A DNA stretch of 64,000 nt. Origin: Squalus acanthias. Lineage: Eukaryota. Below are positions 12,260 through 26,273 of the stretch, piece after piece. The position numbers and the translations under genes are program-made. The DNA is taken from NCBI GenBank assembly GCA_030390025.1, contig CM059432.1, positions 83,206,001 through 83,270,000 of the forward strand, given 5' to 3'. A model generated the notes under the pieces. It was not told the DNA's origin, made no database searches, and worked only from the letters and a program-made list of their open reading frames with translations. The first letter of the stretch is position 1; every line of letters starts with the position of its first letter.

Positions 12260-14016
12260 GTGATCGTTTCCAGGAATTAATGCATGCAAATTGTGGGAAG
12301 GAAACAGAAGAGGAAATCTACAGTCAAATTAGAGAGATGAGCAGCAAAATTATATTCTGGGAGGTTTTAAATGATCAATTTATCAATTGTGACAGAGTGT
12401 AAGTAAGTGGAGAAAAGGGAATGCAATTCCTAATATGTATACAGAACTCCTTCCTCAAGCAGTATGTTTGTTGACTTTTAAAGGTGGAGGCGTTGCTAGA
12501 TCTCACAATGAGCAATGAAATAGCTCAAGTAGGTGAACTAAATGTGGGTGAGTAGTATCATGGGAGTATAACTGCAATGTAATAAGGTTTAAGATCCAAC
12601 TAGAAAGGGGAAAAAAAAATCAGTACACAAACTAGATCATATTGGATTAGCGCAGATTTTAGAAAGATGAGCTGCAAGCTAGCTCAGGTGAGGTAGGAGG
12701 AGAAATTGGCACACAGGACTGTAGAGCAAGAGTGGGATTTATTATAAAAAGGTGATTGCAAAGGTACAGGATACGTATATTCCATTAAAATAGAAATAAC
12801 TAGTAGTTTTAGGATGCCATGGATAAATAAAGAGGATAGAAACCAATTAAAATTGAATGAGAGCACCTATAAAAATAATGAAAAGCTAAAAGAGAATATG
12901 AGAAAATAAAAGGTTAAGTGCAGGATAAGGAAAGCGAAGAGGGAATATGAGAAAAATATTTCCAAAAACATCAAAAGAAATAAGTGTGTCAGTAGTAAGA
13001 GAATTGCTAAAAGTGAGGTGAGAGAAGAAGATTGTCAATTTGTAGAGGTTCATCAAAAAAAATGGCACAGGTAATTAGTAAGTACTTTGCATAAGTCTTT
13101 GCTTAAGAGAAAGATAACAACATCTTGCATTTATATAGCACCTTTAACGCAGTAAAACGACCCAAGGCACTTCACAGGAGCGTAATCAGACAAAATAATT
13201 GACACTGAGCCAAAGAAGGAGACATTAGGACAAGACGTAGGTTTTAAGGAGCGTTTTAAAGGAGGAGAGAAAAGTGGAGAGGTTTAGGGAGGGAATTCCA
13301 GAGCTTAGGGCCTAGACGGTTGAAGGGATAGCCGTCAATGGTGGGGCGAAGAAAGTCGGGGATGCGCAAGAGTCCAGAATTGGAGGAGCAGATATCTCGG
13401 AGGGTTGTAGAAGGTTATAGAGATAGGGAGGGGCGAGGCCATGGCGGAATCTGAAGACAAGGATGAGAATTTTTTAAATCGAGGCGTTGTTGGACTAGGA
13501 GGTCAGCAAGTACGGGGTGATGGGTGAACGGGACTTGGTGCGAGTTAGGATACGGGCAGCAGATTGTTGGATGAGCTCAAGTTTATGGAGGGCGGAAGAT
13601 GGGAAGCCGGCCAGAAGAGCATTAGAATAGTCAAGTCTAGAGATGACAAAAGCACGGATGAGGGCTGAGGCAGGGGTGGAGATGGGAGATATTGTGGAGG
13701 TGGAAGTAGATGGTCTTAGTTATGGGGAGGATTTGAGGTGGGAAGCTCAGCTCAGGCCAAATAAGACGCTGAGTTTACAAACAGTCTGGTTCAGCCTGAG
13801 ACAGTGGCCAGGGAGGGGGATGGATTGGTGGCTAGAGAACAGAGCTCGGAGAGGATGTGGATGCTGAGATGATTGAGAGCAAAAGGTGTGATATTATGAT
13901 GGATAAAAGGGAAATTTTAGATAAATTAGTTAGGCTAAAGGAAGACAAAGCACCAGGGCTGACCTGGTACATCCTAGGATCCTGAGGCAGAAAATTGTTA
14001 AAGCCTTGGAAATTAT
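12260..14016 (+). mobile_element. old degenerate CR1 (endonuclease/linker region), interrupted by an L2
   Basis: Decayed similarity to the CR1 segments seen at 26546-27652. Confidence 0.55.
13116..13835 (-). mobile_element. L2 LINE 3' fragment
   Basis: Reverse-complement similarity to 16308-16892; GCTATATAAATGCAAG tail. Confidence 0.85.
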
Positions 14017-14475
14017 GGGGGTAATTTTAACACCCCTGCCCCCCCCCAGGAAACTTGGCTCCAACCTGCCGTGAACGTTCCTACTTCCAGTTTAACCAGG
14101 TCGTGTTTGGGGTCGGACGAGTAACTCGATCTTGAGTGACAGGTCGGAAAACGGCCGCAGGCTGGGTTTCCTAGGGCACGGGAAACCCAGCAGCTGAAGG
14201 GAGACGGGAGCTGCCAGATCCAGCAGCTAAGTGCTTTTCCAGCACTGCTTGTGGGCTAGGAGGAGCAGGAGTGCTTCCTCTGGTCCCTCGAGGAAACCTG
14301 CCGCGATCTCTCCCCCAGCCCGCCACAATCTCTCCTCCCCCTCTCCCCACGATATCTCCTCACCCGCAACCTCTCCCCTATCCTGTTAATCTTTCGTACC
14401 ACGATCTCACCCTCCCTCTATGCCGAGCTCCCCCACACCGACCCCCCATCTACCCGGTTGCCAGGGACCGTCCCC

Positions 14476-15082
14476 CTGCCCTTTCCCCATAGCCCTACAA
14501 AATTTCCCCTGTTGAAAGTTATTATTGAATCTGTTTCCACCACCCCATCAGGCAGTGCATCCAGATCATAACTACTCGCCGCATTAAAAACAACTTCTCA
14601 TCTCGCCTCTGGTTCTTTTGTCAATTAGCTTAAATCTGTGCCCTCTGGTTACCGACTCTCCTGCCACTGGAAACAGTTTCTCCTTATTTATCATATCAAA
14701 ACCCTTCATGATTTTGAACACCTCCATCAAATCTCCTCTTAACCTTCTCTGCTCTCTGGAGAACAACCCCAGTTTCTCTAGTCTCTCCACATAACTGAAA
14801 TCCCGCATACCTGGTACCATTCTAATAAATCTCCTCTGCACCCTCTCTAAGGCCTTGACATCCTTCCTAAAGTGTGATGCCCAGAATTGAACACAATAGT
14901 CCAGCTGGGGTCTTACCAGCAATTTATAACTGTTTAGCATAACTTCCTTGCTTTTGTACTCTATACCTTTGTTTATAAAGCCAAGGATCCCATGTGCTTT
15001 AATAGCCTTCGCAACTTGTCCCACCACCTTCAAAGGTTTGTGTACGTACACCCCCAGGTCTCCCTGTTCCCCCTTTAAAATT
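14476..15082 (-). mobile_element. CR1 3' fragment
   Basis: VRPQLDYCVQFW...LERVQRRF...RLRGDLMEVFKI. Confidence 0.9.
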
Positions 15083-16307
15083 GAAAGGGGTTTAGAACAG
15101 AGAGCAGGAGAAACTTCTTTACAGTCTTCTGAAAATCCATATATACTACATCTATAGTATTCCCTTTACCTATCCAATTTGTCACTTCTTCAAAAATCTA
15201 CTACATTTGTCAAACACACCTTGCCTTGAACAAATCTCTGCTGGTACAATTTTGTCAAAGTGGAGACAGCCAGCCAGGATACATGCTCCTGATCACCATC
15301 CAGTGATCCCCCTACCTCAAGTATCTATGTGTGGATACCAGTGAGGACAGGACTGGCTTGGATGTGATGCATGCCACAATCAGTGTCAAGGCTCACACGT
15401 GAAGAAAGGCCATTTGAATGAAGTACAGGCGGGTGCCTCAGCAAAGAGCCAATGCCTTCAAGAGAGAAAAGTGACAGAAAAGGGAGAGAAAACGTAAACA
15501 AGTCAATTAGTCTAAAACCGACAAATATTTTTTTTGTGATTAAAATTAAACCCGGCGCTACTGGACACCGATTTTGCAATTCTCCATGGGAAACCTCTCC
15601 ATTAATATTGTACTCATAATAAATATCCACTAATCTGCAACACATTAACTACGATATAGTGGAAACACAAATCTATATCAATAATGTGCAATTTTCAATC
15701 CTATACTCATTTTTTTCTTGTTTTGGTGCAGGATCAGAAGAAAGAGAAATAGAAATGCATTAAATGAAGAATATAAAAATTGAACTTTATTTCAACGGAA
15801 ACTAACCTCCTAAAATAAGTTTGTTTAATTCTCAAAGACTAGAGACATTTTGCAACAATACTTGCCTCTTTTTAAGGTAACTTAGCACCTTTGAAAAATG
15901 TTAGAAAAAGTTCTGAGTTGCATCCATATTTAAAAAGTACCCAACGAATTGGCCGATCTTATTCACGGCAGCAATAAAGACACTAAAGTTGGTCTAAGGG
16001 AAAGGGACAATCAACCAAGACTCCCATTCCTGTTTGCTTTCAATCGCTGCTGCAGATGTACATGTGGCTGTCAGGATAAAGCTCAGCTCTGATTTACACC
16101 ACTCCCTAGGCCCAGTCAAATAACCTGCCAACACTCACCATCTAGGTTCATATGTATAAAATACAGGTGGGCAACCAATGCCCATATGCCAACAAGGAAT
16201 CAACAGCTTTAGGAGAGGACAGAGAAAGGAGAAAACTGGCAAGGAAACACCACCATCATTAAAGTGTATAACTCTGATATGAAGGCCAGTGGCCCACACG
16301 AGCAATT

Positions 16308-16892
16308 CTTCTCCTCAATGCCTTTGTTACCTCTAGACTTGACTATTTCAATGCTCTCCTGGCCAGCCTCCCACTTTGCACCCTCCGTAAACTTGAGCTC
16401 ATCCAAAACTCTGCTGCCTGTATCCTAACTCGCACCAAGTCCTGTTCACCCATCACCCCTGTGCTCGCTGACCTACATTGGCTCCAGGTCCGGCAACGCC
16501 TCGATTTTAAAATCCTCAGTTTTCTTTTCAAATTGCTCCTTGGCCTCACCCCTTCCTATCACTGTAATCTCCGCCAGACCCACAACCCTCCGAGATTTCT
16601 GCGCTCCGCCAATTCTGGCCTCTTGCGCATCTGCAATTTTAATCATTCCACCATTGGTGGCCGTGCCTTCAGCTGCCAAGGCCCTAAGCTCTGGAATTCC
16701 CTCCCTAAACCTCTGCGCCTCTCTTTCCTCCTTTAAGATGTTCCTAATAGCCTACCTCTTTGACCAAGCTTCAGGTCACCTGCCCTAATATCTCATGTGG
16801 CTCGGTGTCAAATTTTGTTTGACAACACTCCTGTGAAGCGCCTTGGGATGTTTTACTACGTTAAAGGTGCTATATAAATGCAAGTTGTTGTT
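16308..16892 (+). mobile_element. L2 LINE 3' fragment
   Basis: LADLHWLQVRQRLDFKIL...GGRAFS...PKLWNSLP, the L2 C-terminal signature; (GTT)n tail. Confidence 0.88.
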
Positions 16893-16927
16893 GTGAAAAA
16901 TCTTAAAAAGGCGGAGAGAAAACATAC

Positions 16928-16991
16928 CTGTTGCAGGAATTGTGACATTATATTGAAGAGTGACAAAAGAAACAGCTATCTTAGCTGTCAC
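16928..16991 (-). CDS. TRAM1: TRAM1 coding exon 2
   Basis: ttttgcag acceptor; VTAKIAVSFVTLQYNVTIPAT; GTATG donor; 64 nt, phase 0 to 1. Confidence 0.95.
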
Positions 16992-17784
16992 CTGCAAAAC
17001 AGGAAAGATAAAATATCAGCTCAGCTACCATAAATAAGTAATGATATTTTAACCATTAGAAAACCTACCCAATCTGCAACCACCAAACAGAATGTAAAAT
17101 GCATCACTCCACCTCCTGTTCAATGGCTGTCAACCAAGCCCAACAAGACGTACACACCGCAGCTCTTGATGCTGAAGTGCTCCAATGTTTGAGCATTTGC
17201 TGTTCTAACCTCTTCCTCCATACATTCCAATGAACAATGCAGCAACCAAATGATTCATGGGTTACATACACTACAACAGCTACAAAACAGTATTATTCTT
17301 TTACAAAAGATCATTTTTTATATATGCTGGTGTGTAAAAAAAAAAAAACTGTTTTGATCAGAATTAAGTCAGCACCGGAAGAAAGTATTTTAAAAGTTGC
17401 TCATCGTTCATCTTGATCTCATCAGGGCAGTACCCGAGGTGCTATAGAGAAAAAAAAATCATTCGCAGTTCACATGCTGATCACTATCTGCACATTGTAC
17501 ATGTATGGGCAGGGGAGGAAGTCAGAATTGGACTCTGCAGTCAAATGCTGATATGCACTGTTTAGACTCAAGTGAATAATGGTCACCTATGTGAAATACC
17601 AGAGGCTGCAAGGACCTGTGTGGAATCCTATCCAGCACCTTCAGGGGAAAAGCACTTTAAGGGACAAAATTTAAACTCGTCAAAACTTGAAATTTATCCA
17701 GAAAAAACCCCCCTTAAAAATCAAACATACATTTCTGATACAGTATCAACTTATATTTGTATAGCAGTTATTATCGCTGAGGAA

Positions 17785-19640
17785 CAGCAACAATCTGTAT
17801 TTATACACACCATTAACATAGAAAAATGTCCCAAGGTGGTTCATAGAGGCATAATCAGATTAAAATAGACACCGTATATTAGGAGCCGTGACCAAAAGCT
17901 TGGTCAAAGGGGTGAATTTTAGGGAGGGTCTTAAAGGAAAGAGGGAGCTGGCGAGGCAGAGGGGTTTAGGGAGGGAATTCCAGAGCATGATGCCTAGGTT
18001 ACTCCAGGCATGGCCGCCAATGATGGGGCAAAGGGTGCACAAAATGCAAGAATCAGAGGGATGGAGAGTTTGTGGGCGGGGTGGGGTGTTGTAGGACTGG
18101 AAAAGGTTACAGAGATAGGGAGTGGCAAGGTCATGAAGGGATATGAAGATGAGAATTTTAAAATTGAGGGACAGGGGACCATGACCACATCTAGGTCAGC
18201 GAGCACAGGGGTGATGCGTGAGTGGGACTTGGTATGGGACAGGATATGGGCAGCAGAGTTTTGAATGAGCTGTAGCTTTCAGAGGGTGGAAGGATGGGAT
18301 GCCAGCCAGGAGAGCATTGGAATGGTTGATTCCAGAGTCCAGAAAAGCATGGATGAGGGTTTCAGCAGCGGAAAGGCTGAGGAAGGGGCAGAGATCGGTG
18401 CTGTTATGGAAGAGGATGTAGGAAGAATTTGTGATGGAAAGAATATGGGATTGGATGTTCAGCTCGGGGTCAAAGAGGTTGCAAAATGTCTGATTCAACG
18501 TGAGACAATGGCTAGGGTGGGGAGGAAATTGTGGCTTATTCAAGACTGGATGTTGGACAAGTAGTCTGATAACACAGAGGCAGTGAAGAGGTTGAGAAGT
18601 GGTAGAGAAATAAAGCTGGGTGTCGGCAGCATACACGTAGAATTCGATCCACAACTATGGATGATAACATCATGGTTTCTAGCAAGTAGATAAGGAGGAG
18701 GAAGGAGACAAGGATAGATCTTTGGGGGACTTCAGATTAATGGTGTAGGGGCAGGAAGAGAAGCCATTGCTGGAGATGCTCTGTCTACATTGGATAGGCA
18801 AGAGTGGAATCAAGCGGGAACGGTTCCACTAAGCTGAACATTGGAAGAGAGGCGTAGGAGGGTGGTGGTGTAGAAAACCATATCAAATGCTTTAGAGAGG
18901 TCAAGGAGGGATAATAAGGCAGTCACAGAGGATGGCATGTGTGACTGAATGGGGCTGTTTCAATGCTGAGGCAGGGGCAGCAATCCTGGTTGAAGAGATT
19001 CAAATATAGGGTTGTGGGAAAGATGGGTATGGGTGGTGACTACATGTTCAAGGACTTGAGAGGAAAGGAAAGTAGGAGATGGGGCAATCGTCTGCAAGGA
19101 CAAATGGATTGGTGGTGGTTTTTTTTTGAGAAAGGGGGTGTCAATTCTCAGACAAGGGAAGCCAGTAAAGTTCAGTGAGGATAGGGGTGATGAGGGTGTG
19201 AACCTTTGTGTAAGTGAGTGCATCAGCTGCAACATTCTGGATGATTTGTAGTTCATAAATGGTAGAAGTGCGAAGGCTGACGAGGAGAACTGCCGAGAAG
19301 TCCAGTTGCAAGATTATAAAGTTAGGGTTTTAGTGGAGAGGGGTGAGAAGTAGGGGCGCAGCCTGTCAATGTTGCAGAGGTGAAGGACAGCATTGGAGGA
19401 TGATGGTGTGGACTTCCATGTCAAAGACTTTAGAGGTGTCGAGGAGCACAAGGACGAATAATGCTCCATGGTCACATTGGCGATAGACTGGATATGGTGG
19501 AGGAAGCTGAGCCCAAGTTCAAGCAATAAAAGTGAGGTTCCATACGTCTGATGTGGCAACTGAGGCAGGCAATGAATTTGAAGCTCGAGCCAGGAAAGTG
19601 TTTGTACAAGCTGGAAAAGATGACTTGGGTTTTTCTGACA
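17785..19640 (-). mobile_element. degenerate L2 fragments
   Basis: YAADTQLYFS, AETLIHAF and LWNSLPKPL remnants. Confidence 0.7.
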
Positions 19641-20391
19641 TTAAGTTAGCCAGGAGCTTATCAGTGGATAACAAATTCTACAACTGGGAAAAGAGCAAGT
19701 GCACTGACCAAACAGGGGAAGAAACTCAATGAAGGATTAGGGAAGAAGAGATTAAAAAATGATGTGAATTTTAACTCGAGTTGGAAAGTAACTTGCCCCT
19801 GCTTTGTGAAATTCTTCAAACGTGACATTTGAATTATGTTTGTATTCCTCTTTAATCAATCTCCTATGGCTTTGCACAGGGAGAGTCAAAACCAAATATA
19901 GTCTTCAGGTGAAGCAGAGTTAAACGGCAGAGGATAACTGGACCAGTGTACACATATGTAATTCAGTACCCATTTTAAAGCCAAAAATGTTGCCCTTATT
20001 TTTATAAATTTCTATGTCCACGTTGATAACGGAAACTGCCTATGTAAACTTGTCATGTTAGAATTACGCCCTTCCACCAATGTTGGCACTGCAGCACCTC
20101 CACCAGAGAGAGTATAATTACAGTGTGGTAAGTTTATGTAGGCAGTTTCCATTATAAATATGAACATAGAAAATTAAGAAAAAATATATATAGATATACA
20201 GAAGAGGTCAAATGCGGCAAGATACAGGGTTCACCTGTGATTCTACACACAGCAAATTCCCCACATCAGCCATGCCATTTAGGTCAGATAAACAGTAATG
20301 TCTGGAGGATGTCACCAGTCAAACTTCTCCAAGTAGAACACAGAGAAAGACAGAGAGACACGAAGTTATGATGAATACAAGGACATTGTAA

Positions 20392-21846
20392 CGCTAAAAG
20401 AAGTGGCTATAGAGATAGTGGATGCATTGGTTGTCATCTTCCAAAATTCCATAGATTCTAGAACGGTTCCCACGGATTGGAAGGTAGCAAATGTAACCCC
20501 ACTATTTAAGAAGGGATGGAGAGAGAAAACGTGGAACTGCAGACCAGTTAGCCTGACATCAGTAGTAGGGAAAATGCTATAATCTATTATTAAGGACATG
20601 GTAACAGGACACTTAGAAAATAATAATAGGATTGGGCAGAGTCAACTTGGGTTTATGAAAGGGAAATCATGTTTGACAAATCTGTTAGTTTTTTGAGGTT
20701 GTAACTAGCAGAATAGATAAGGGGGAACCCAGTGGATGTGGTGTAGTTGGATTTTCAGAAGGCATTCGATAAGGTGCCACACAAGAGGTTATTAAACAAA
20801 ATTAGGGCTCATGGGATTGGGGGTAATATACTAGCATGGATTGAGGATTGGTTAAAGGACAGAAAACAGAGAGTAGGAATAAATGGGACTTTTTCGGGTT
20901 GGCAGGCTGTAACTAGCGGGTACCGCAAGGATCAGTGCTTGGGCCTCAGCTATTTACAATCTATATTAATGACTTAGATGAGGGGACCAAATGCAATACA
21001 TCCAAGTTTGCTGATGAACTAGGTGGGAATGTAAGTTGTGAGGAGGATGCAAAGAGGATTCAAGGGGATATAGACAGGGATAAGTGAGTGGGCAAGAACA
21101 TGGCAAATGGAATATAATGTGGACAAATGTGAAGTTATCTACTTTGGTTATGGAAAGAGTATTTTTTAAATGGTGAGAGATTGGGAAATGTTGGTGTTCA
21201 GAGGGACCTGGATGTCCTTGTACATGAATCACTGAAAGTTAACATGCAGGTACAGCAAGCAATTAGGAAAGCAAATGGTATGTTGGTCTTTATTGCAAGA
21301 GGATTTGAGGAGAAGAGTAAAGATGTCTTACTGCAATTATATAGGGCCCTGGTGAGACCACACCTGGATATACTTGCCATAGAGGGAGCGCAACAAAGGT
21401 TCACCAGACTGATTCCTGGGATTATCCTATGAGGATTGAGTAGACTAGGCCTATATTCTCTAGCGTTTAGAAGAATGAAAGGTGATCTCATTGAAACATA
21501 CAAAATTCTTACAGGGCTTGACAGGGTAGATGCAAAGAGGATGTTTCCCCTAGCAGGGGTCACAGTCTCAGAATAAAGGGTCAGCCATTTAGGACTGAGA
21601 TGAAGAGAAATTTCTTCACTCAAGGGGTGGTGAATCTTTGGAATTCTCTACCCCAGAGGGCTGTGGAGACTCAGTTGTTGAGTATATTCAAGAAAGCGAT
21701 CAATAGAATTTTGGATATTAAGGGAATCAAGGGATATGGGGATAGTGCAGGAAAGTGGAGTTGAGGTAGATCATCAGCCATGATCTTACTGAATGGCAGA
21801 GCGGGGCCAAATGGCCTACTCCTGCTCCTATTTCTTATGTCTTATG
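20392..21846 (+). mobile_element. CR1, 5'-truncated, frameshifted
   Basis: RT motifs and a CR1 3' UTR ending TTCTTATGTCTTATG. Confidence 0.93.
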
Positions 21847-22069
21847 CATATGGATCAGATTGGTTTTGATTCTCGAATTGGATATTATCCTTTTAATACT
21901 TTTTGCTTGCATTTAAAACAAGTGCAGGATATCTAATAATTCATATAATCTACATATTAATGTTGGAAACTATCGGTAAACAGAAAGCAGAATGAGACAT
22001 CAGAAACTGTACAGTTCAGAATTGTACACGTCAACCCAAACTGATCCCTTGATCATTACCACCCACAAA

Positions 22070-22800
<731 letters not shown>

Positions 22801-24712
22801 TTATTTCAAGCTTTAGGGAAACTGCAAGGTCACAGTTGCTCCTGCTGTAAACATACAGAAGTGATGCCTCTAATATTTACAATAGAGAATTGTGTGCACT
22901 TACTGACCTTAGCTTGATCACTGTCAAAATTCTCCCCTGGAGTACCAATCAGGTTGTTGTCCTTGATAGTAGTTTGCAACCCTGTCCTTTTATACTAAAG
23001 AAGACAATGTGGGGTATAGCTTGCCTACACTCACTGTACAAGCTCACACATTTAACCAAGATACTAGAGGGCTGTTTGAGTCTGTGATGTAAAGGAGAGG
23101 GTCTCCAGATGGGAGTTGAAAAGGACTGGGGATTGGATTAAGAGAATGCTGGGACAAGAAGAAATAGAGTGTGCTAAGAGAGCACTGAGAAATTTGTGAC
23201 AAAACCACAAGGCAAAGTGCAGGAAGAACTAGCTGTGTGTTGTAGCACAAGGGTGGGGAGTGTCAGAAGGTCTGGGCAGATTGTTAATTGAGCATTTGGT
23301 TGGGTTTCAATGCAGGTTACAGGCAAGTTCTAAATGCTCGGTCAGCAAAAGAGTAGTGTCAGATGAGTACTGAGGTGAAGTGTTGAGTGGAAGAAGTTAA
23401 TGTCATGTTAACAACAGTCAAGGAAGGGTACTCAGGAAACATTAATGGCAACAATGAGGTTTGTTTAAAGGAGCCTTCCTACATCACAATGAAAAAGCCA
23501 AAACATAATATTGTTTTGCCATCATTGCATCTAACTGCCTCTTGAATGACTCCAGAATTTTGTCTCTACTATCCGACCTAGAACATCATTTCAGGTATTA
23601 ACCACACTTTGCATGAGAAATAAGAACATAAGGACCTAAGAAATAGGAGCTGGAGTAGGCCATTTGGCCCTTTGAGCTTGCTCCGCCATTCAACAAGATC
23701 ATGGCTGATCTTCTACCTCATCTCCACTTTCCCGCCTGATCTCCATATCCTTTGATTCCCCTAGAGTCCAAAAATTTATCGACTTCTGTCTTGAATATAC
23801 TCAACAACTGAGCATTCACAGCTCTCTGGGGTAGAGAATTCCAAAGAAATTTCTCCTCATCTCAGTCCTAAATGGCCGACCCCTTATTTTGAGGCTGTGA
23901 CCCCGTGTTCTAGATTCCACAACCAGGAGAAAGATTTTCTCAGCATTAACCCTGTCAAACCCCTTAAGAATTTTATATGTTTCAATTAGATCACCTCTCC
24001 TTCTAAACTCTAGGGAATATAGGCCTAGTCTACTCAATCTCTCCTCATAGGGCAATCCTCTCATCCCAGGAACCAGTCTAGTGAACCTTCATTGCACTCC
24101 CTCTAAGGCAAGTATATCTTTCCTCAGGTAAGGAGACCAGAACTGTACACAATACTCCAGGTGTGGTCTCACCAGGGCCCTGTATAATTGCAGTAAGACA
24201 TCTTTACTCTTGTACTCAAATCCTTTTGTAATAAAGGCCAACATACCATTTGCTTTCCTAATTGCTTGCTGTACCTGCATGTTAACTTTCAGTGATTCGT
24301 GCACAAGGACACCCAGGTCCCTCTGAATGCAAACATTTCCCAGTCTCTCACCATTCAAAAAATATTCTGCTTTTTTGTTTTTCCTACCAAAGTAGATAAC
24401 TTCATACTTCCCCACATTGTATTCCATTTGCCATGTTCTTGTCCACTCAGTCAACCTTTCCATATCTCTCTGCAGCCTCTTTGCGTCCTCCTCACAGCTT
24501 ACTTTCCCACCTAACTTTGTATCATCAGCAAACTTGGATACTTTACACTCAGTCCCTTCATCTAAGTCATTAATATAGATTGTAAATAGCTGAGGCCCAA
24601 GCACTGATCCTTGCGGTACCCCGCTAGTTACAGCCTGCCAACCCGAAAAAGTCCAGTTTATTCCTACTCTCTGTTTTCTGTCCATTAACCAAACCTCAAT
24701 CCATGCTAATAT

Positions 24713-25525
24713 TGTAGAAATATGAACTGGTGCCTTTAGAAAATGGTCGAGGACTGCGAAAACTGCAGCCAGTGAGATCTCAAATAAACAAAAACTTGAA
24801 GCTGGGGGCCGAGGGCTGCTCAAATAACATAGTTAACAGGCCTGCAAAAGATGACAAGCTTGCAGGATGATCAAGTCTACAACAATAATTAACTCAAGAT
24901 AAGGGTGACAATCTAGTCTAACGGTTGAGCAGTCGCAAATCACATAATGAGGGACCTCTGGAATTCCCTAAACGACCAAGGATACTGATTGGCTAAGGAT
25001 GAACACATCTCAGACAAAATGGCCGAATCTGCACACGGCACGCCTTGACCATTCTGTTGTGATGATCACAGAAGCTGTGAGCTAACTGTCAAGAGGTCTC
25101 ATGACTGATAAGAGCAACCTTGTGCAAACGGTCTTATTTGGGAGGGCGGCACATAGGTAGTAAAATATAGGTATAAAAGAAGGGAGCCAAGAGCTAGTTG
25201 AGCAGCGAGAACCTGGCAGCGAGAACCTAGGAATCACATTCAAGAAGGGAGATGCCACAAGTCCGGGACTTGTTGTAGGACACCAGCGCGAAGGCTGATC
25301 AACTTTCAAACGGGTAATATTGTTTTAAGCTAGCACACATGGGAAGTGAGCCCTGTGTCATTTTCCTTGTATGTTATTCAAACAACTTGTTAACCAATAA
25401 AGTACTGAATGTATGCAACTTATTGAGTCCGACCGACATTTGACACTAAGAACCATAATTGTTGAACTGTTGTTGAGCTGACTACTTATTACTAGCTCAA
25501 TAGATACAGTGAATTTGGGACAACA
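24713..25525 (+). mobile_element. solo LTR (813 bp) with 5-bp TSD
   Basis: TGTA...AACA termini; TSD AATAT at 24708-24712 and 25526-25530; ATTGG at about 24988, TATAAAA 25172-25178, AATAAA 25396-25401; interrupts a CR1. Confidence 0.85.
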
Positions 25526-25533
25526 AATATATT

Positions 25534-26273
25534 GGCCCAAAAATTAGTCCCGCGACGCGAGAGTACGCACTGTGTACTCTCGCGTATTCTGTCACCAATT
25601 GCCGGTTTTCTGCATGCACTGCGCATGCGCTGAAAACCGGCACTTGGTTTTTGGAAAAGGGGGCGGTTCCTCGGTGCACCGCGTGCGCGCTACAGGCTGC
25701 GCGCACGCTGTGCACTTAGTGCTTTGGACGCGCAGGTAAGGACGGAAGATTTTAGAAATGAAAAAAGGAGGAGTAAGACCCACTTTTAACAAGGTAAGTA
25801 GTGAATTAAGTATTATTTTGAATTTTTTTTAACAGGTATATCTTTTTTAGAGACTTTAAAGACAGGTAAGTTTATTTTTATAACTTTAAAAGATTTTAAA
25901 TTTTTTCAAAAATTTAATTTTTTATTTAAAATGGTTAATTTATTTAACTATACTTATTTTATTAATGTGATGTTTTTTTTTAAATTTAATTGAGGTTTAG
26001 CTGTTATTTTGGGGGTGTGTAAGATTCATAGCTTTCACAGCACGTATGTGAAAATTATGAATGGAAGATGGTGTGCTGCCATTGGCTCTAACTGAGTCAC
26101 GTGATCCCACAGCTCGCACGAATTCACTACGCCGGTGGGATACGCAAGCACTGCCCAGCTGATGTCTAGAACATCAAGTTCGTGCGAGCTGGATCTGAAA
26201 AAGCCAACGCGGAGTGAGAGATCGCGCCTGCTCCTTACCCCCGCGGGAACAGAGCGAGATCAATTTCTGGGCC
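25534..26273. mobile_element. Harbinger-type MITE inserted in a CR1
   Basis: TIR GGCCCAAAAATTAGTCCCGC / GCGAGATCAATTTCTGGGCC; TSD ATT. Confidence 0.8.
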